This document shows positions 63,157-64,000 of a stretch of 64,000 bases of DNA, in pieces. Location: assembly GCA_902625325.1 (NCBI GenBank), contig CACOAW010000003.1, positions 19,097 through 83,096 of the forward strand, written 5' to 3'. Below the pieces are notes generated by a model. The model did no database searches and had not been told where the DNA came from. It was given only the letters and a program-made list of their open reading frames with translations. Source of the DNA: an uncultured Candidatus Poseidoniales archaeon. Lineage in GTDB: Archaea > Thermoplasmatota > Poseidoniia > Poseidoniales > Thalassarchaeaceae. The position numbers were made by a program, and so were the translations under genes. Position 1 is the first letter of the stretch, and each line of letters opens with the position of its first letter.

Positions 63157-64000
63157 CTATCGCAATCTGTGAACTCCGTATACCCAATGGCTCCTGTACT
63201 CTGAGTGGCTCCCCTTGCCTTGTTCTGCAATCTCAGCTAATGCTATCTTCAGCGCGCCCCTGATCGCCTCATCTCTTTCCTCACCAGGAAGTAACGGAGC
63301 CGCTATCTCCGATAGTCTAGGGACCATTGCAAATCTCTCTGCGTCATCATTTGAGAAACCTATTACTTCATCATGGATTTCAGAAGAGAACCCAACCGCA
63401 CTCAGGGCATCAAGTATCACATCCATCGAGTATGGCCCTGGAAAAATCCTATCCAGCATTCCCTCATGTTGCAATACATCTTCATTACTCATTTCTGAGA
63501 GCCTAGTAGCTCTGATTTCATCATGTCTTAGAATCTCCCTTACGGCTCGGTACGGGTCATGCAGGAGGGCAGAATGGTCAGGTCTGAAATCGCTTTCTAA
63601 GTCTCCACTATCCCAGATGAACACCCCATCTTCTTTGAGGCTACTAGAAAACTGAGATGCCAAATCTCGAATCGCCCTTTTTGGGACTAGGTGCATGGTT
63701 GAAGAGGAAATAATCACGTCCGCCTTCCTTCCTCCGAGCATGTCTTCCAGCCTTCTGAAGGATGATTTCCCGGAATCATCCTTCTCGATTGATAACTCGA
63801 AGTGCACGTTCGGTCTGCCTTTGAGCAAGTCTCTGGCCTTGGAAAACCAAGAAACAAGCGGGTCGATAAGAACCAGACTAATCTCCATGCCCCTTTTCTC
63901 AACCTCTTTTAGCAATTCTATTGCGGATCCGCCAGTTCCACTCCCATAGTCCACTACTAGAGAACCCTCCTTGATGTTAGGAACGACTAGTTGGACCAAC
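63157..64000 (-). CDS. class I SAM-dependent methyltransferase (probably truncated at the right window edge)
   Basis: VVDYGSGTGGSAIELL (motif I) and DVIISSSTMHL. The ORF is open to the window edge and the track 'start' is a TTG at 63999. Confidence 0.6.
   Translation of the reverse strand, partial: LVQLVVPNIKEGSLVVDYGSGTGGSAIELLKEVEKRGMEISLVLIDPLVSWFSKARDLLKGRPNVHFELSIEKDDSGKSSFRRLEDMLGGRKADVIISSSTMHLVPKRAIRDLASQFSSSLKEDGVFIWDSGDLESDFRPDHSALLHDPYRAVREILRHDEIRATRLSEMSNEDVLQHEGMLDRIFPGPYSMDVILDALSAVGFSSEIHDEVIGFSNDDAERFAMVPRLSEIAAPLLPGEERDEAIRGALKIALAEIAEQGKGSHSEYRSHWVYGVHRLR

Noticed and set aside
1-64000. Search for CRISPR arrays, rRNA genes, tRNA introns and long direct repeats
   Set aside because: I saw no regularly spaced repeats, rRNA-like sequence or interrupted anticodon loops on reading either strand. 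The only duplications detected are at the protein-paralogue level (Sco1 x2, propeller x2, cupredoxin-like x2, DUF1737-like x2).

Overview
This 64-kb window is a very compact, almost gap-free stretch that looks like an archaeal chromosome. Archaeal information-processing genes are present: TFB, PolD small subunit DP1, archaeal-type PheS alpha, a Nob1-like PIN/Zn-ribbon protein, a SAMP-like MoaD and TatA. They are interleaved with bacterial-looking metabolic genes: a class II CCA enzyme, SufS/SufE/DUF59, FolD, GcvT, bacterial-type MetK, AhcY, PpsA and an acyl-CoA dehydrogenase. There are four intron-less tRNA genes (Val-UAC, Glu-UUC, Thr-UGU, Ala-UGC), and all four encode their 3' CCA. Two accessory regions stand out. 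(i) 14.8-21.6 kb is a six-gene cell-surface cluster: two Sco1/SenC lipoproteins with eukaryote-like inserts, two cupredoxin-like membrane-anchored proteins whose predicted mature N-terminus is a His, and two paralogous His-rich LVIVD beta-propellers. I read it as a candidate undescribed extracellular copper-enzyme system. (ii) 24.5-57.1 kb is a low-GC glycan-biosynthesis island. It carries UDP-GlcNAc, GDP-fucose and UDP-ManNAc(A) precursor genes, an MBOAT/SGNH O-acylation pair, and at least 11 glycosyltransferase catalytic domains, including a NodZ-like GT23 and a roughly 2,110-aa four-GT polyprotein. It also holds a QueC-like PP-loop/Zn enzyme, a GT-A protein with a SAP motif, two DUF1737-like mini-proteins and a Wzm/Wzt ABC exporter. 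I saw no CRISPR array, rRNA, transposase or integrase. All calls come from reading ORF-track translations, plus my own translation of one edge-truncated gene, and from motif recognition by eye. No database search or structure prediction was possible. A planktonic euryarchaeote (Marine-Group-II-like) is only a guess at lineage.
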